This document shows, in pieces, positions 8,067 through 19,800 of a stretch of DNA of 64,000 nucleotides. Where the stretch lies: NCBI GenBank assembly GCA_963821315.1, contig CAWGDP010000009.1, positions 89,454 to 153,453 of the forward strand, read 5' to 3'. Numbering within the stretch: the first letter of the stretch is position 1; each line of letters opens with the position of its first letter. The position numbers and the translations under genes were made by a program. This stretch comes from an uncultured Acidobacteriaceae bacterium. Lineage in GTDB: Bacteria > Acidobacteriota > Terriglobia > Terriglobales > Acidobacteriaceae. The notes under the pieces were generated by a model that worked only from the letters and a program-made list of their open reading frames with translations, was not told the origin of the DNA and made no database searches.

Positions 8067-10121
8067 GGAGCTGGTCTCTTGACAGCTATCGGCGCAAGCG
8101 ACCAGTCGAATGAATTTAAGCCACAGTTGTCTTGACTTGAGACAGTCCTCTTAATTTTGCCCAGAGCCGGCTGCAGCCGGGAGACGATGGCGTCTACGTC
8201 GTAGACGCATCCGCCCCAAACCCCTCCACTGGCCTGCACCAGGGCGGCCCACAGCCGGGTGTCGTCGGGAAGCGCGGGATGCGGCCTGAGATCAGCGCGG
8301 GGAGCTCGCGCGGCCAGCCGGCGCGCGCCTTCTTCCGGGCTGAAGATCTGTTGTGCATCGCCCACCAGGTTGATGGAGCCGGTCAGCTTCTGCCGGTCGA
8401 TGACAATCTCAATCTGGTCGCCGTCCAGGAGCTTGCCGATGGCGCCTCCGGCAAGCGCTTCGGGCGAGATATGCCCGATGCAGGCGCCGGTGGAGACGCC
8501 GCTGAAGCGGGCGTCGGTGAGCAGGGCCACGTGCTTGCCGGAAGGGAGCCACTTGAGGGCGGAGGTGATCTGATAGATCTCCTCCATGCCCGCGCCCGCG
8601 GGGCCGCAGCATACCAGCACCATGACGTCGTGCTTCCCGATCTCGCCGTTCTTGATGGCGTGGATGGCCGCCTCTTCGGAGACGAAGACCCGGGCCGGAC
8701 CGTGGTGGCGAAAGACTCCGTCGGCATCGATGAGTGAGGGATCGATGGAGGTGCTCTTGACCACCGAGCCCTCGGGGGCGAGGTTGCCCACGGGGAAACA
8801 GACGGTGGGGGTGAGTCCGCTGGAGCGGGCGCGATCGGGATCCATGATGACGTCGTCGGGATCGATGCCGTCGCGGGCGCGGAGATTCTTGCGCAGTTCG
8901 TGGCGGCGTGGGGAGTTCTCCCACCAGTCGAGACAGCTATCGAGGGTTTCTCCGGATACCGTCTTCACCTGGGTGTTGAGCAGGCCTGCTCTTCGCAGGT
9001 GGAGCATCACTTCGGGTAATCCGCCGGCAAGAAAAACTTGAACGGTCGCGAAGTTGCGCGGGCCGTTGGGCAAAGCGTCGACCAGGCGGGGAATTTCCCG
9101 GTTGATGTGGGCCCAGTCGGCTGCGACCGGGCGCTTGAGTCCTGCGGAGTAGGCAATCGCCGGCAGGTGCAGCAGCAGGTTGGTGGATCCGCCGAAGGCA
9201 GCGTGGGCCACCATGGCATTGTCGATCGAGGCCTGGGTGAGAATGTCGCGGGTTCCTATCTGTAACTGATGCAGGCGCAGGATGGCGCTGGCGGAACGGC
9301 GGGCGGCATCGAGCCAGATGGGCGCGCCTGAGGGGGCGAGCGCGGTGTGGGGGAGGGATAGCCCCAGGGCTTCTCCTATTACCTGTGCGGTCGCAGCTGT
9401 GCCCAGAAACTGGCAGCCGCCGCCGGGAGTGGCGCAGGCGCGGCAGCCCATCTCGGCTGCGGTTTCGAGGGTGATCTGGTTTTGCGCGTAGCGGGCGCCG
9501 ATGGTCTGTACCTTGCCTGCATCTTCGCCTGATTCGGGCAGCAGCGTGACTCCGCCGGGGATGAGGATGGTCGGCAGGGGGCCCGGCGGAAGCCAGCGCC
9601 ATCATCATGGCGGGCAGTCCCTTGTCGCAGGTGGCGATGCCGATCACGCCCATCCTGGTGGGCAGGGAACGCATCAGGCGGCGCAGCACGATGGCCGCAT
9701 CATTGCGAAAGGGGAGGGAGTCGAGCATGCCGGTGGTGCCCTGGGTACGGCCGTCGCAGGGGTCGGTGCAGGCGCCGGCAAAGGGAATGGCATCGAGGGA
9801 TTTCAAGGTGATGGCTGCTTCGGCCACCAGGGCGCCCAGTTCCCAGTGCCCGGTATGAAAGCCGAGGGCGATGGGTGTTCCATCGGGGGCGCGCAGGCCG
9901 CCATGGGTGCTGAGGATGAGGACTTCGGAGCCCAGCAACTTTTGCGGCTCCCAACCCATGCCTGCGTTTTGGCTTAGGCCGAAGAGATTGCCTGAGGGTG
10001 CGTTGAGCAGCATCTCCGGGGTGATGGGCAGCAGGCCGCGGGGACCGGGCGCGTGGGTGGCTACGTCATCCAGCTTGAGGGTGCTGGTTTCGAGGACCGA
10101 GGAAAGGGAAATGGTAGGAAT
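8063..10121 (-). pseudogene. IlvD/Edd-family dehydratase, YjhG/YagF (xylonate dehydratase)-like, frame-disrupted
   Basis: Fragment 8937..10013 carries the N-terminal part (..[17 protein letters not shown]). Fragment 8063..9451 carries the rest ([19 protein letters not shown]...FGGSTN...[22 protein letters not shown]). The frames join at a G5 run on the + strand (9577..9581): reading ...ALASAGP then [23 protein letters not shown] restores the protein. Conserved N-terminal residues [17 protein letters not shown] lie upstream of the first ATG (10013). The only start-like codon there is ATT at 10121, behind AGGAGA. Confidence 0.8.
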
Positions 10122-10216
10122 GGCGGTCTCCTGTCACGGTCAATTGTAAGATGCCGGGATGGTTGAGGGACTGGAGCGCCGTCAGCAGGACGGCTCGACT
10201 ACTTTAAAGTCGGGCC

Positions 10217-10425
10217 GCGAAAACGCTTTGTACGAAGGGCACGGCTTTAGCCGTGCCGTAAAAAGGGACAGCAATGAGGGCTTTAGCCCCTGAGGTACGT
10301 TTTTCCAAGCTTGTGCCTGCACGGAATTACTGTGAAAAACCTTACCTCAGCGGCTAAAGCCACCCCCGCGCAGTACGTTTACGGCACGGCTGAAGCCGTG
10401 CCCTTCGTACAAAGTGTTTTTCCGC
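10217..10425. repeat. MITE-like ~210-bp palindromic element, copy 1 (copy 2 at 46112..46323)
   Basis: Terminal inverted repeats are gcgaaaacgctttgtacgaagggcacggc and gccgtgcccttcgtacaaagtgtttttccgc. Nested hairpins include cacggctttagccgtg and cctgaggta/tacctcag. By eye, about 90% identical to the 46.1-46.3 kb copy. Confidence 0.8.
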
Positions 10426-10477
10426 AACCTGTTTAGTCGTGCCATAAACGCGCAAAAGGCCTGGGCTTTAGCGGCGC

Positions 10478-11177
10478 TCACGTGCGCGCGAAGGTGAGCA
10501 GCGGCTGAATATCATTTTTGTCAGCGGCCCGAAGAGCGTCGATATAGGTGCGCCGGAAATCTCCGGCTTGCACAAGGTGGGTGCCTCCCCAGGTGAATAC
10601 TGGACGTCCCATCCTCTGAGCGACGACATCGGCGATCCCGGATTTCCTGTGAAGTTTGTTGGCGTTGATGCACTTCATGCGGCTTTCCTCAATGAAAGCC
10701 GCACACGCGGGCGTCGCTTGGTGCCGCGTACAGGAAATCCGGGTTAAGCCGTGCGTGACGGCCGTTGCCATTGGCAAACGGATGAATGGCGACAAGCCGG
10801 TGGTGAAAACGGATAGCGATCTCATCCCGCTGGAATGTCTGGTGTTCCATCCAATAGCGAGCATCACCCAGCAGGACTGATAACGATTCGCGTATCTGGT
10901 AGTGCGGGATCCCGATGTTCTTCTCGGTCGTCCTGTAAGTACCGGCCCATTTCCAGGTCTGATCGAACATTCGCTGGTGCAGGTCTCTTATATAAGTTTC
11001 AGAGAGAGGGTTGTTCCGCTGCAGATTCCTCGGATTTAGCGCCCACGCAAAGGCCTCCAGAATGTTCTGGCGCTCCCACTCGTTCAGTTCTTCCTTCGTA
11101 GTGAGCCCGGGAATGAGGTCAGCCTGCTCTTCTGGGGACAGCGGTGTATTGCCATCCCCAGTTTCAAAGAGTGTCAC
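10478..11177 (-). pseudogene. Fic/DOC family protein ('mobile mystery protein B'-like), frame-disrupted or truncated
   Basis: Fragment 10689..11177 carries the Fic motif HPFANGNGRHAR and then stops. Fragment 10478..10867 carries a family-like C-terminus, GRPVFTWGGTHLVQAGDFRRTYIDALRAADKNDIQPLLTFA. The frame change lies somewhere in 10689-10745. Confidence 0.65.
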
Positions 11178-11625
11178 CGCGATGATCCACGCTTTCTGAC
11201 GATCCGGCGTGTTTCTGCTTCCACCGCTTCGTCGATATTGCCGACTGCCTGATTCTCCAGCGCCATAGAGTGTTCGACCCCGATGACATGCTTTTGCGCA
11301 TCGGCGCGCGCGCGCCCTTCGATCAGTTCCTGCATGGTGTCTGCTCTCGGAACGAGGGCATACACCAGATCACAATCGAGAGCGTTGGCTGCGGCGCGCA
11401 GGCTCTTCAGGGTGATGCGGTCTTCCGCTTCGGCCTTCTCCATCTGCAGGGGAAGCTGACGGCTTGTTCCAAGGCGACGCGCCAGTTCGCCGGAAGAGAT
11501 TCCCAGAGCTTGCCGCAGGGCCCGTATCCATCCCTTGAGAGGCCGGGAAGTGGCACGTGCAGCTCGGAAGGCAGCCAGACTCGGTCCAGTTGCTTGAGTC
11601 GGAGATCTTGGAATTCGGTGCGCAT
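11174..11625 (-). pseudogene. XRE-type HTH protein ('mobile mystery protein A'-like), frame-disrupted
   Basis: The ATG at 11625 gives MRTEFQDLRLKQLDR. Shifting by one base near 11575 gives SLAAFRAARATSRPLKGWIRALRQALGISSGELARRLGTSRQLPLQMEKAEAEDRITLKSL..., which is an HTH continuous with track ORF 11174..11443. There is a 4-nt overlap with the Fic gene start. Confidence 0.65.
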
Positions 11626-11637
11626 TGCTTGCTCCAA

Positions 11638-11723
11638 TGACAATCTAAGAATAGTCAAGTGTCCGTAAAGTGACAATATATAAATTGTCATTTTACATCA
11701 CTATGACAATATATGAATTGTCG
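11638..11723. promoter_or_regulatory. three phased palindromic operator-like sites, TGACAAT-N6-ATTGTCA
   Basis: 11638-11657 tgacaatctaagaatagtca (6/7 arm match). 11671-11690 tgacaatatataaattgtca (perfect 7-bp arms). 11704-11723 tgacaatatatgaattgtcg (6/7). Start-to-start spacing is exactly 33 bp twice. They lie immediately upstream of the HTH gene start (11625), in the divergent intergenic region. Confidence 0.6.
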
Positions 11724-11882
11724 TTTAGGATGGTTGAAAGCCTAAGTACGACCCAGGCCCAACCCAGAATAAGCATGTACTTATGTGCTTTCAATGACTT
11801 AGCGCATGAAGAGGCCAGCGTACAGGAAATCCGGTCGCATCAACTGGGAAATGTTTTCGCGGGGAGGGGTAAGCCGAGCTTT

Positions 11883-12191
11883 ATGGAGCAATCTGATCCG
11901 ATGGCCCTGGTATGCACCCTCCCCGACGGCGATCAAGCGCAACGACGGAGTGAGATACAAGCGTTGTTACAGAACCGGACGGCGCTCACCCGCCATCCCG
12001 ATGGCGTCGAACTGGAGTGGGAGTTCTCAGAGGAAACCGCACGCAGCTTGCTCGACTTCATTCTGTTCGAACGCACCTGCTGCAAGACTTTCACTTACGA
12101 ACTCGGGTTTGCCCCACCGCAAAACCGAATCACTCTGCGGATGCGCGCATCCGCAGAGCAGGTTGAGGCACTCCAGGCGCTCTACTGCTGA
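11883..12191 (+). CDS. hypothetical small protein (102 aa) with an ERTCC motif
   Basis: In-frame ATG at 11883 within ORF 11670..12191 (MEQSDPMALVCTLPDGDQAQRRSEIQALL...FILFERTCCKTFTYELGF...). The upstream part of the track ORF runs through the AT-rich operator region and is unlikely to be coding. The 3' end overlaps the convergent OMF gene stop by about 10 nt. Confidence 0.4.
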   Translation: MEQSDPMALVCTLPDGDQAQRRSEIQALLQNRTALTRHPDGVELEWEFSEETARSLLDFILFERTCCKTFTYELGFAPPQNRITLRMRASAEQVEALQALYC

Positions 12192-13728
12192 ATCTTGGTG
12201 TCGGCCTTGCTGGGCTCCGCAGTCACTTGCTTCGGCGTGGGTAGTTGCGAAGCATCCCAACCGCCGCCTAAGGCCTCGCACCAGCTCTACCGCGCCGGTC
12301 ATCTGCTCGATCTGCAGACTGGCCAACTGCTGCTGGTTGCTCAACAACGTATTTTGCAGCGTCACCACATCGATATAAGGATCAATGCCGGTCTGGTACC
12401 TGCCCATCTCCAAATCAAGAGCCGTTTGCGACGACGCAACCGCACCGCGCTGCTGCTGGATCTGCTGCGAAAGTATGCGCGTCTGCGCCAGATAGTCCTC
12501 TACCTGCTGAAACGCGGTGAGCACCGTCTGCCGATAGGTGGCAACGTCCGCGTTGTAAATGGCGACGTACTGATGGAGTTCCGGCTTTAAGGCCGCATTG
12601 AAAATGGGTTGCGAGAAGGATGGGCCAACCGACCAGAAGCGGCTGGGCCAATCCACGAGATGTTTGAACAGATAGCTCTCAAAGCCTCCACTCGCGGAGA
12701 GCGTCAGGGTGGGGAAGAAAGCGGTATAGGCAACGCCCAGTTCCGCGTTGGCGGCAGCCATGGTTCGTTCCGCTGCGGCAACGTCGGGCCGCCGCTGCAG
12801 CAACAGAGAGGGCATGCCGACGGGAACCGGAGGAGGCGCGGTCAGGATCGGACGCGGGGGCAAGGAGAACCCGGAAGCCGGCTTGCCAATCAGGACCGCA
12901 ATCGCGTGCTCATACTGCGCCCGCAAAATGCCCAGGTTGGTCAATGAGGACTGGGCCGCTTGCAGCGTGGCGCGCGCTTCTACCAGCGAGAGCTGGTCGC
13001 CCACGCCGGTGTCGTATTGGGCCTGGTTGTAGTCCAATGCCTTCTGGTCGGCAGCCACCGTTTGGGTGTAAATCTGGATCAGGGCGTCCTGGCCGCGGAT
13101 TTCAAAGAAGAATTCGGCCAAATCCGCCTGCTCGACGAGACGCTCATTCTCCAGATCCGCGGCGCTGACCTGCGCGGTGTACTGCGCATTGCGCACTTGC
13201 TTGCGGATTCTGCCAAACAGGTCGGGCGTCCAGGAAACATCCAAAGGCAAGGAGTAGATCTGAGACGTCTTTTCCCGGGTTGGCCACGCTGGTGGTGGGG
13301 CCAAGGTTTGAAGAGGAACGCTGACGGTTGTAAGACGGGCCAACCGACACCGTGGGAAAATACTGCGCCCGCGCCTCGCGCACCAGCGCCCGGGATTCCA
13401 TAAAGTTCTCGAAGTACTGTTTGATGTTCTGGTTATCGATGTTGAGCTGGCTTTCCAGGTCGTTCAGCTCGGGATCGTTGAAAACACTCCACCAGTCGCC
13501 GCGAATCTTCGCGTCCGCGGGTTGAGCCACGGTCCAATTGCCGTTGTCCGGATTGTTCTGCGATTGGGTCGTGGCCGCTGGGGGCGTAGCCGGGGGTGCT
13601 TCTTTAAAGGCCGGGGGCGGCTGAATCGCGGGCGGGTGATAGGCCGGACCCATGTGACAGCCGGTCACGCCCGCGCTAAGCAGCACGCCGGCGAGCCAAC
13701 CGAATTGCGTTCGTCTTGTTTTCTTCAT
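12182..13728 (-). pseudogene. RND efflux outer-membrane factor lipoprotein (NodT family), frame-disrupted twice
   Basis: The ATG at 13728 gives MKKTRRTQFGWLAGVLLSAGVTGC (lipobox). Fragments are 13144..13746 and 12027..13343. They join at cccgggaaaag (+ strand T4/C3G3, 13270-13279): ...TTSVANPGK then TSQIYSLPLDVSWTPDLFGRIRK. A second shift near 12265 restores the canonical end ELVRALGGGWDASQLPTPKQVTAEPSKADTKIQQ*, with the stop at 12184-12182. Confidence 0.8.
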
Positions 13729-13762
13729 AGAAGCTTTCCACCACACTTACCGTTGAAACTTG

Positions 13763-16700
13763 CTAAACAGCTCCTTCCGGGTTGGCCGAGAAGGTGTCGT
13801 GATGTTTCCCCATGGCTCGCAACCGCAAGCGATCCATATACAGATAGATAACCGGCGTGGTGTAGAGCGTAAGCATCTGGCTCACGATCAACCCACCCAC
13901 AATGGTAATGCCCAGCGGTTGCCGCAGCTCCGAACCGGTCCCGGTGCCGAAAGCCAGCGGGATGGCGCCAAAGAGCGCAGCCATGGTGGTCATCATGATG
14001 GGCCGGAAGCGCAGCATGCAGGCCTCAAAAATGGCGTCGGTCGGTGCTCTTGCCGTGTTCCCGCTCGGCCACCAGCGCGAAGTCGATCATCATGATGGCG
14101 TTCTTCTTCACCAAACCGATGAGCAGCACAATGCCGATGATGGAGATGACGTTGAGGTCATTATTGAACACCAGCAGAGCCAGCATGGCTCCCACGCTGG
14201 CCGGAGGCAAGGTGGAGATGATGGTCAGCGGGTGCACCAGGCTCTCATACAAAATGCCCAGCACGATGTACACCGCCAGCAGAGCCGTAGTGACCAGGAT
14301 CGGCTCGGTGGCCAGCGACTGCTGATAAGCCTGCAGGGTGCCGGCGAAGAATCCGGTGATGGTCGAGGGCATACCGAGTTTGCTCTGCAACTCGCTGATG
14401 GCCAGGGTGGCGTCGCTGAGAGACAGGCCAGGCGCCAGGTTGAAGGATACCGTCACCGAAGGGAACACGCCGGTATGGTTCACTTGCAGCGGCGTGGTGC
14501 TGGGATGGAACGTACTGACCGCGCTAATGGGGGTCACCCCGTTGGTCGCCCTGGGATAGGTAAAGTTCAGCCCCTCAGGAGACTGGAAGTAACGGGGCGC
14601 CACTTCCAACACCACGTAATACTGGTTCAGCTGGGTATAGATCACCGACGCTTCGGACTGCCCAAAGGCGCTGTAAAGCGTGCTGTCGAGCGTCTGCGGA
14701 GTGAGGCCGAGGCGGGCGGCCGCGGTCCGGTCGTAAGTCAGATATTCATCCAGACCGCCATTTTGCTGATCGCTGTTCACATCCTGGAAGCCGGGAAGTT
14801 TCTTGATATCCGCCAGCAGGATCGGTCCCCAGTGGGCCAGATCGTTCACATTGTCCGCCTGCAGCGTGTACTGATAGAGGGCGTTGCTACCCCGGCCGCC
14901 GATGCGCAGATCCTGTGCGGCTTGTAGAAATACCGAGGCGACGGGCAAGCGGTTCAGCTTGGGCCGCAGGCGGTTGATGATTTCCGGCGCACCGATGTTG
15001 CGCTCGTCCAGCGGCTTGAGAGCGACATACACGAATCCGCCGTTGCTGGCGCCGTTGCCGCCGGTATAGCAAATCACATTCGCCACAGCGGGGTCGGACT
15101 TGACGGTTTTCACGATCGCCCGGGCCGAGGCTTCCATCACCGGAAAGGAGGCGTCCTGAGGTCCCTGGATGCCGCCGACCAGCGCGCCGGTGTCCTGCTG
15201 GGGGAAGAAGCCCTTGGGAATCTTGACGATCAGAACCACGTTCAGGGCGATGGTCAACAACAGCACCACCAGCATCAACCCTGAATTGTCCAGCACCCAT
15301 GACAGGGAGTGCTTGTAAATGTTCAGCATCCCGTCAAAAAAGCGTTCGGTGGCGCGATAAATGCGGCCGTGCTCCTCTGCTTTGTGCTGTTTGAGCAAGT
15401 GCGCGCACATCATCGGCGTGGTGGTTAAAGAAATCACCATGGAGACCAGGATGGCGGTGGAGAGGGTAACAGCGAACTCACGGAACAGCCGGCCGACAAT
15501 GCCGCCCATCATCAGCAGGGGGATGAATACGGCGATCAGCGATGTGCTCATGGTCAGCACGGTAAAGCCGATCTCCTTTGCGCCTCGCAGCGCGGCCACT
15601 GCTGGGGACATGCCCATTTCCAGGTAGCGGGAGATATTCTCCATCACCACGATGGCGTCATCCACCACGAACCCGGTAGAGATGGTGAGGGCCATCAGGG
15701 AAAGATTGTCCAGGCTGTAGTCCAGCAGATACATCACGGCGAAGGTGCCGATCAGCGAGACCGGCACCGCGACGCTGGGAATCAGGGTGGCGCGCGCATT
15801 GCGCAAGAACAGAAAGACCACCAGGATCACCAGGATGACCGAAATGATCAGCGACGATTCCACATCGTGCAGCGATGCCTTGATGGTGGTAGTGCGGTCC
15901 AGAATGACCGTGGCCTTGATGCCCTGCGGCATCACCGCCTGCAGAAAGGGAAGCTGGTCGCGGATGCGCTGGTTGGTCTGGATGATATTGGCGCCCGGCT
16001 GGCGGAAGATGATGACGCCAATCGACGGAATTCCATTAGGTAAAGCCGGCGGTGCGGATGTTCTGGGCTGCATCGGTAACATCCGCGACATCGGAGAGAT
16101 GGACCGCCAGCCCGTTGTGCTGGCCCACGATCAACGGCTTATATTCGTCGGCCTTGGATATCTGGCCGTTGGTGACAATATCCGCAGTCACCACGCCGTT
16201 GGAGACCTGGCCGCGCGCCAGGTCGGAATTCTGCAGGCTCAGCACCGACTGGATATTCGCCAGCGTCAATCCATAACGGTTTAGCTGAACAGGATTCACA
16301 TCAACGCGCACCGACGGGTAGGCGCCGCCGCCAACCCCTACCTGCCCCACACCCTGTATCTGCGACAGCTTCTGCTCCATGATGGTGGAGGCTGCGTTAA
16401 ACATGGTTTGCCGGTCATACTTGTCCGAGGTGAGCGACATAATCATGATGGGCGCGTCAGCCGGGTTGACCTTGCGGTAGCTGGGATTGGAGGGCAGGTT
16501 GGCGGGGAGATAGGTCCTGGCGGCATTGATGCCCGCTTCCACATCGCGCGCCGCGGCATCGATGTTGCGGCTCAGGTCGAACTGCAGAGTCACGTTGGTG
16601 CTGCCCAGCGAGCTCGACGAGGTCATCTCGGTGATGCCGGCGATGTGGCCGAACTGCCGTTCCAGTGGAGTGGCGACAGACGACGCCATGATCTGCGCGC

Positions 16701-16863
16701 TGGCGCCAGGCAGGCTGGCGGAGACCGAAATCGTAGGAAAATCTACCTGCGGCAGCGGTGAGACCGGCAGCACATTAAAAGCGATGCCCCCGGCAATGGC
16801 GATGGCCGCCGTCAGCAGGGTGGTGGCTACCGGCCGGCGAATAAAAGGAGCGGACAGGTTCAT
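13763..16863 (-). pseudogene. mdtC: RND multidrug efflux permease, MdtC-like, frame-disrupted twice
   Basis: Fragments are 16036..16863, 14025..16091 and 13763..14017. The N-terminus MNLSAPFIRRPVATTLL...LPVSPLPQVDFPTISVSASLPGASAQIMASSVATPLERQFGHIAGITEMTSSSSLGST closely parallels E. coli MdtC as I recall it. Junctions lie near 16036-16046 (..NIRTAGF / NGIPSIGVIIFRQPGANI) and 14036-14045 (..EREHGKSTD / [21 protein letters not shown]). Confidence 0.85.
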
Positions 16864-16866
16864 GCT

Positions 16867-19800
16867 TCACCTGCGGGCGCCGGCTCCGGGCCTCCACCAT
16901 GCCTGCTGCCGTGAGCCGGCGAAGCGTTGCGCCAGGTTGTCAAAGAAGATGTAGATCACCGGCGTGGTGTAGAGGGTGAGCACCTGGCTCAATAACAAAC
17001 CGCCGACCATGGCAATGCCCAGAGGGCGGCGGAGCTCGGAGCCGATGCCCGATGCCCACGGCCAGAGGAATTCCACCCAGCAGCGCAGCCATGGTGGTCA
17101 TCATGATGGGGCGAAAACGCAGCAGGCTGGCCTCGTAAATCGCATCGGTGGAGCTCAGGCCCCGCTGCCGTTCGCCTTCCAGCGCGAAGTCGACCATCAT
17201 GATGCCGTTCTTTTTCACAATGCCGATCAGCAGGATGATGCCGATGATCGCCACCACGCTCAAATTCTGCTTGAACAGGATCAGCGACAGCAACGCGCCC
17301 ACGCCGGCCGAAGGCAACGTGGAAAGGATGGTGATGGGGTGAATGAAACTCTCGTACAGCACGCCGAGCACGATGTAGACGGTGACCAGGGCGGCGAGAA
17401 TCAGCAGCGCTTCATTGTCCTGGGAATTCTCAAACGCGGCGGCGGTGCCCTGAAAGCCGGTCTGCACGCTGGCCGGGAAGTTCATGCCCTTCGCGGTTTT
17501 GTTGATTGCGTCGATGGCCTCGCCCAGCGAAGCATTGCCCGCCAGGTTGAAGGAGACGGTCACCGAAGGGAACTGGCCCTGGTGGTTGATCGACAGCGAT
17601 TCGGTGCCCGGTTCCATGTGGATGAAGGCGCCCAGGGGAACAGCATTGCTGGGGGTGGAACTGGTATTGGTGTTGGCGGAGCTCGACCCGGTGCTATTGG
17701 TGGTGGTGGCCAGGGCGCCGGTAGGCGGCGTCAGGATTCCGGACGAGGGGGTATAGAGGGTGGATTCCGTGGTGGCGTTGGTGCCGGCCGAGGCCGAGGC
17801 GGAGGCGGAGAAGGAGGTGCTGGCCGCCGCGCCGGTAGCTCCCGAGGAGGCGTTGCCCTGGATATAAATTTTGTTCAGCTTCTGCGGATCGTTGGCGAAG
17901 TTCGGCTGCGCCTCCATGATCACGTGGTACTGGTTGAGCTGGGTGTACATGGTGTTGATCTGGCGCTGGCCGAAGGCGTCATAAAGGGTGTTGTCGACGG
18001 TGGAGGGGGCGATGCCCAGGCGGGACGCGGATACCCGGTCAATGGCCAGAGACACCGTCAACCCCCCGGTCTGCTGATCGGTGGCTACGTCTTCCAACTG
18101 GGGCAGCTTTTGCAGCTTGGCCACGAAGCGGTTGGTCCAGCTATCCAGCTCATTTACGTCCGGATCTTCCAAAGTGTACTGATAGAGCGTCCGGCTCACG
18201 CGGTCGTCGACGGTGATGTTCTGTACCGGCTGCATGAACAGCTTGATGCCGTTCACCTGGGACAAACTGTCGTTCAAGCGGCGGATGACATCCGATGCGC
18301 TGAGATCCCGCTGGTCGAGCGGCTTCAGGTTGATGGACATGCGTCCGCTATTCAACGTGGTATTGGTGCCGTCGGCGCCAATAAACGAGGAGAGACTTTC
18401 CACCGCCGGATCTTTAAGAATGACGTTGGCCAGATCCTGCTGCGCCTTGGCCATGGCGGTGAAGGAGATGGATGCGGGGGCCTGCGAGATGCCCTGGATC
18501 ACGCCGGTGTCCTGCACCGGAAAGAACCCCTTGGGGATGTAGATGTACAGGAAAACAGTCAGCACCAGCGTGCCCAGTGCAACCAGCAGGGTGAGTGTCT
18601 GAAAGCGTAGGACCACTTTGAGGGTGCGGCCATAAAAGCCGATCATGCTCTCGAAGACATGTTCCGAAGCCCGATAAAAGCGTCCCTGCGTGGCTTGCGG
18701 GTTGTGACGCAGAATGCGCGAGCACATCATCGGGGTCAGGGTCAGCGAGACCACGGCGGAGATGATGATGGTGACGGCCAGGGTCACGGCAAACTCGCGG
18801 AACAGGCGGCCCACCACATCGCCCATGAAGAGCAGGGGAATGAGTACGGCGATCAAAGAGACGGTCAGCGAAACAATGGTGAAGCCGATCTGCTCCGCGC
18901 CGACCAGCGCCGCCTGCATGGGCGTATAGCCCTCTTCGAGATATCGGGAGATGTTCTCGATCATGACGATGGCGTCGTCCACCACGAAGCCGGTGGAGAT
19001 AGTCAGCGCCATCAGGGAAAGGTTGTCGAGGCTATAGCCCAGCGCATACATGGCCGCGAAGGTGCCGACGATCGACAGCGGCACGGCGACACTGGGAATG
19101 ATGGTGGCGTACAGGTTGCGCAGGAAAAGAAAGATCACCATCACCACCAGGGCGATGGTCAACATCAATTCGAACTCGACGTCTGCCACCGAGGCCTTGA
19201 TGTCGGTGGTCAAGTCGGTCAGGGTAGTGATGTCAATGCCCGACGGCAGGTTGGCCTGCAATTGCGGCATCAGCAATTGGATACTCTTGACCACGCTGAT
19301 GGTGTTGGCGCCCGGCTGCCGCTGCACGTTGAGAATCACGGCCGGCGTCCGGTTCATCCAGGCCGCTTGCTTGGTGTTCTCCACCCCGTCCACGATGTTG
19401 GCCACGTCGTGCAGAAAGACGGGAGCATTGTTGCGGTAGGCGACCACCACATTCTTGTAATCGGCGCTGGTGATCAGCTGATCGTTGGCGTCGATCTGGT
19501 AATCCTGGCGCGGACCGTCAAAGTTGCCCTTGGCCTGGTTGACGCTGGTAGCCGTCAGGGCGGTGCGCACCGCTTCCAGGTCGATTCCGTAGGACTGCAG
19601 CTGGGCCGGGTTGACCTGGATGCGCACGGCCGGCTTCTGGCCGCCGCTGATGCTGACCAGGCCGACCCCGTTCAGCTGGGAGATCTTGGGCGCCAAGCGG
19701 GTGTCGACATAATTTTCCACCTGCGCCAGGGGCATGGTATTGGAGGTAATCCCCAGGGTCAGCACCGGGGCGTCCGCAGGGTTGGTCTTGTTGTAGATCG

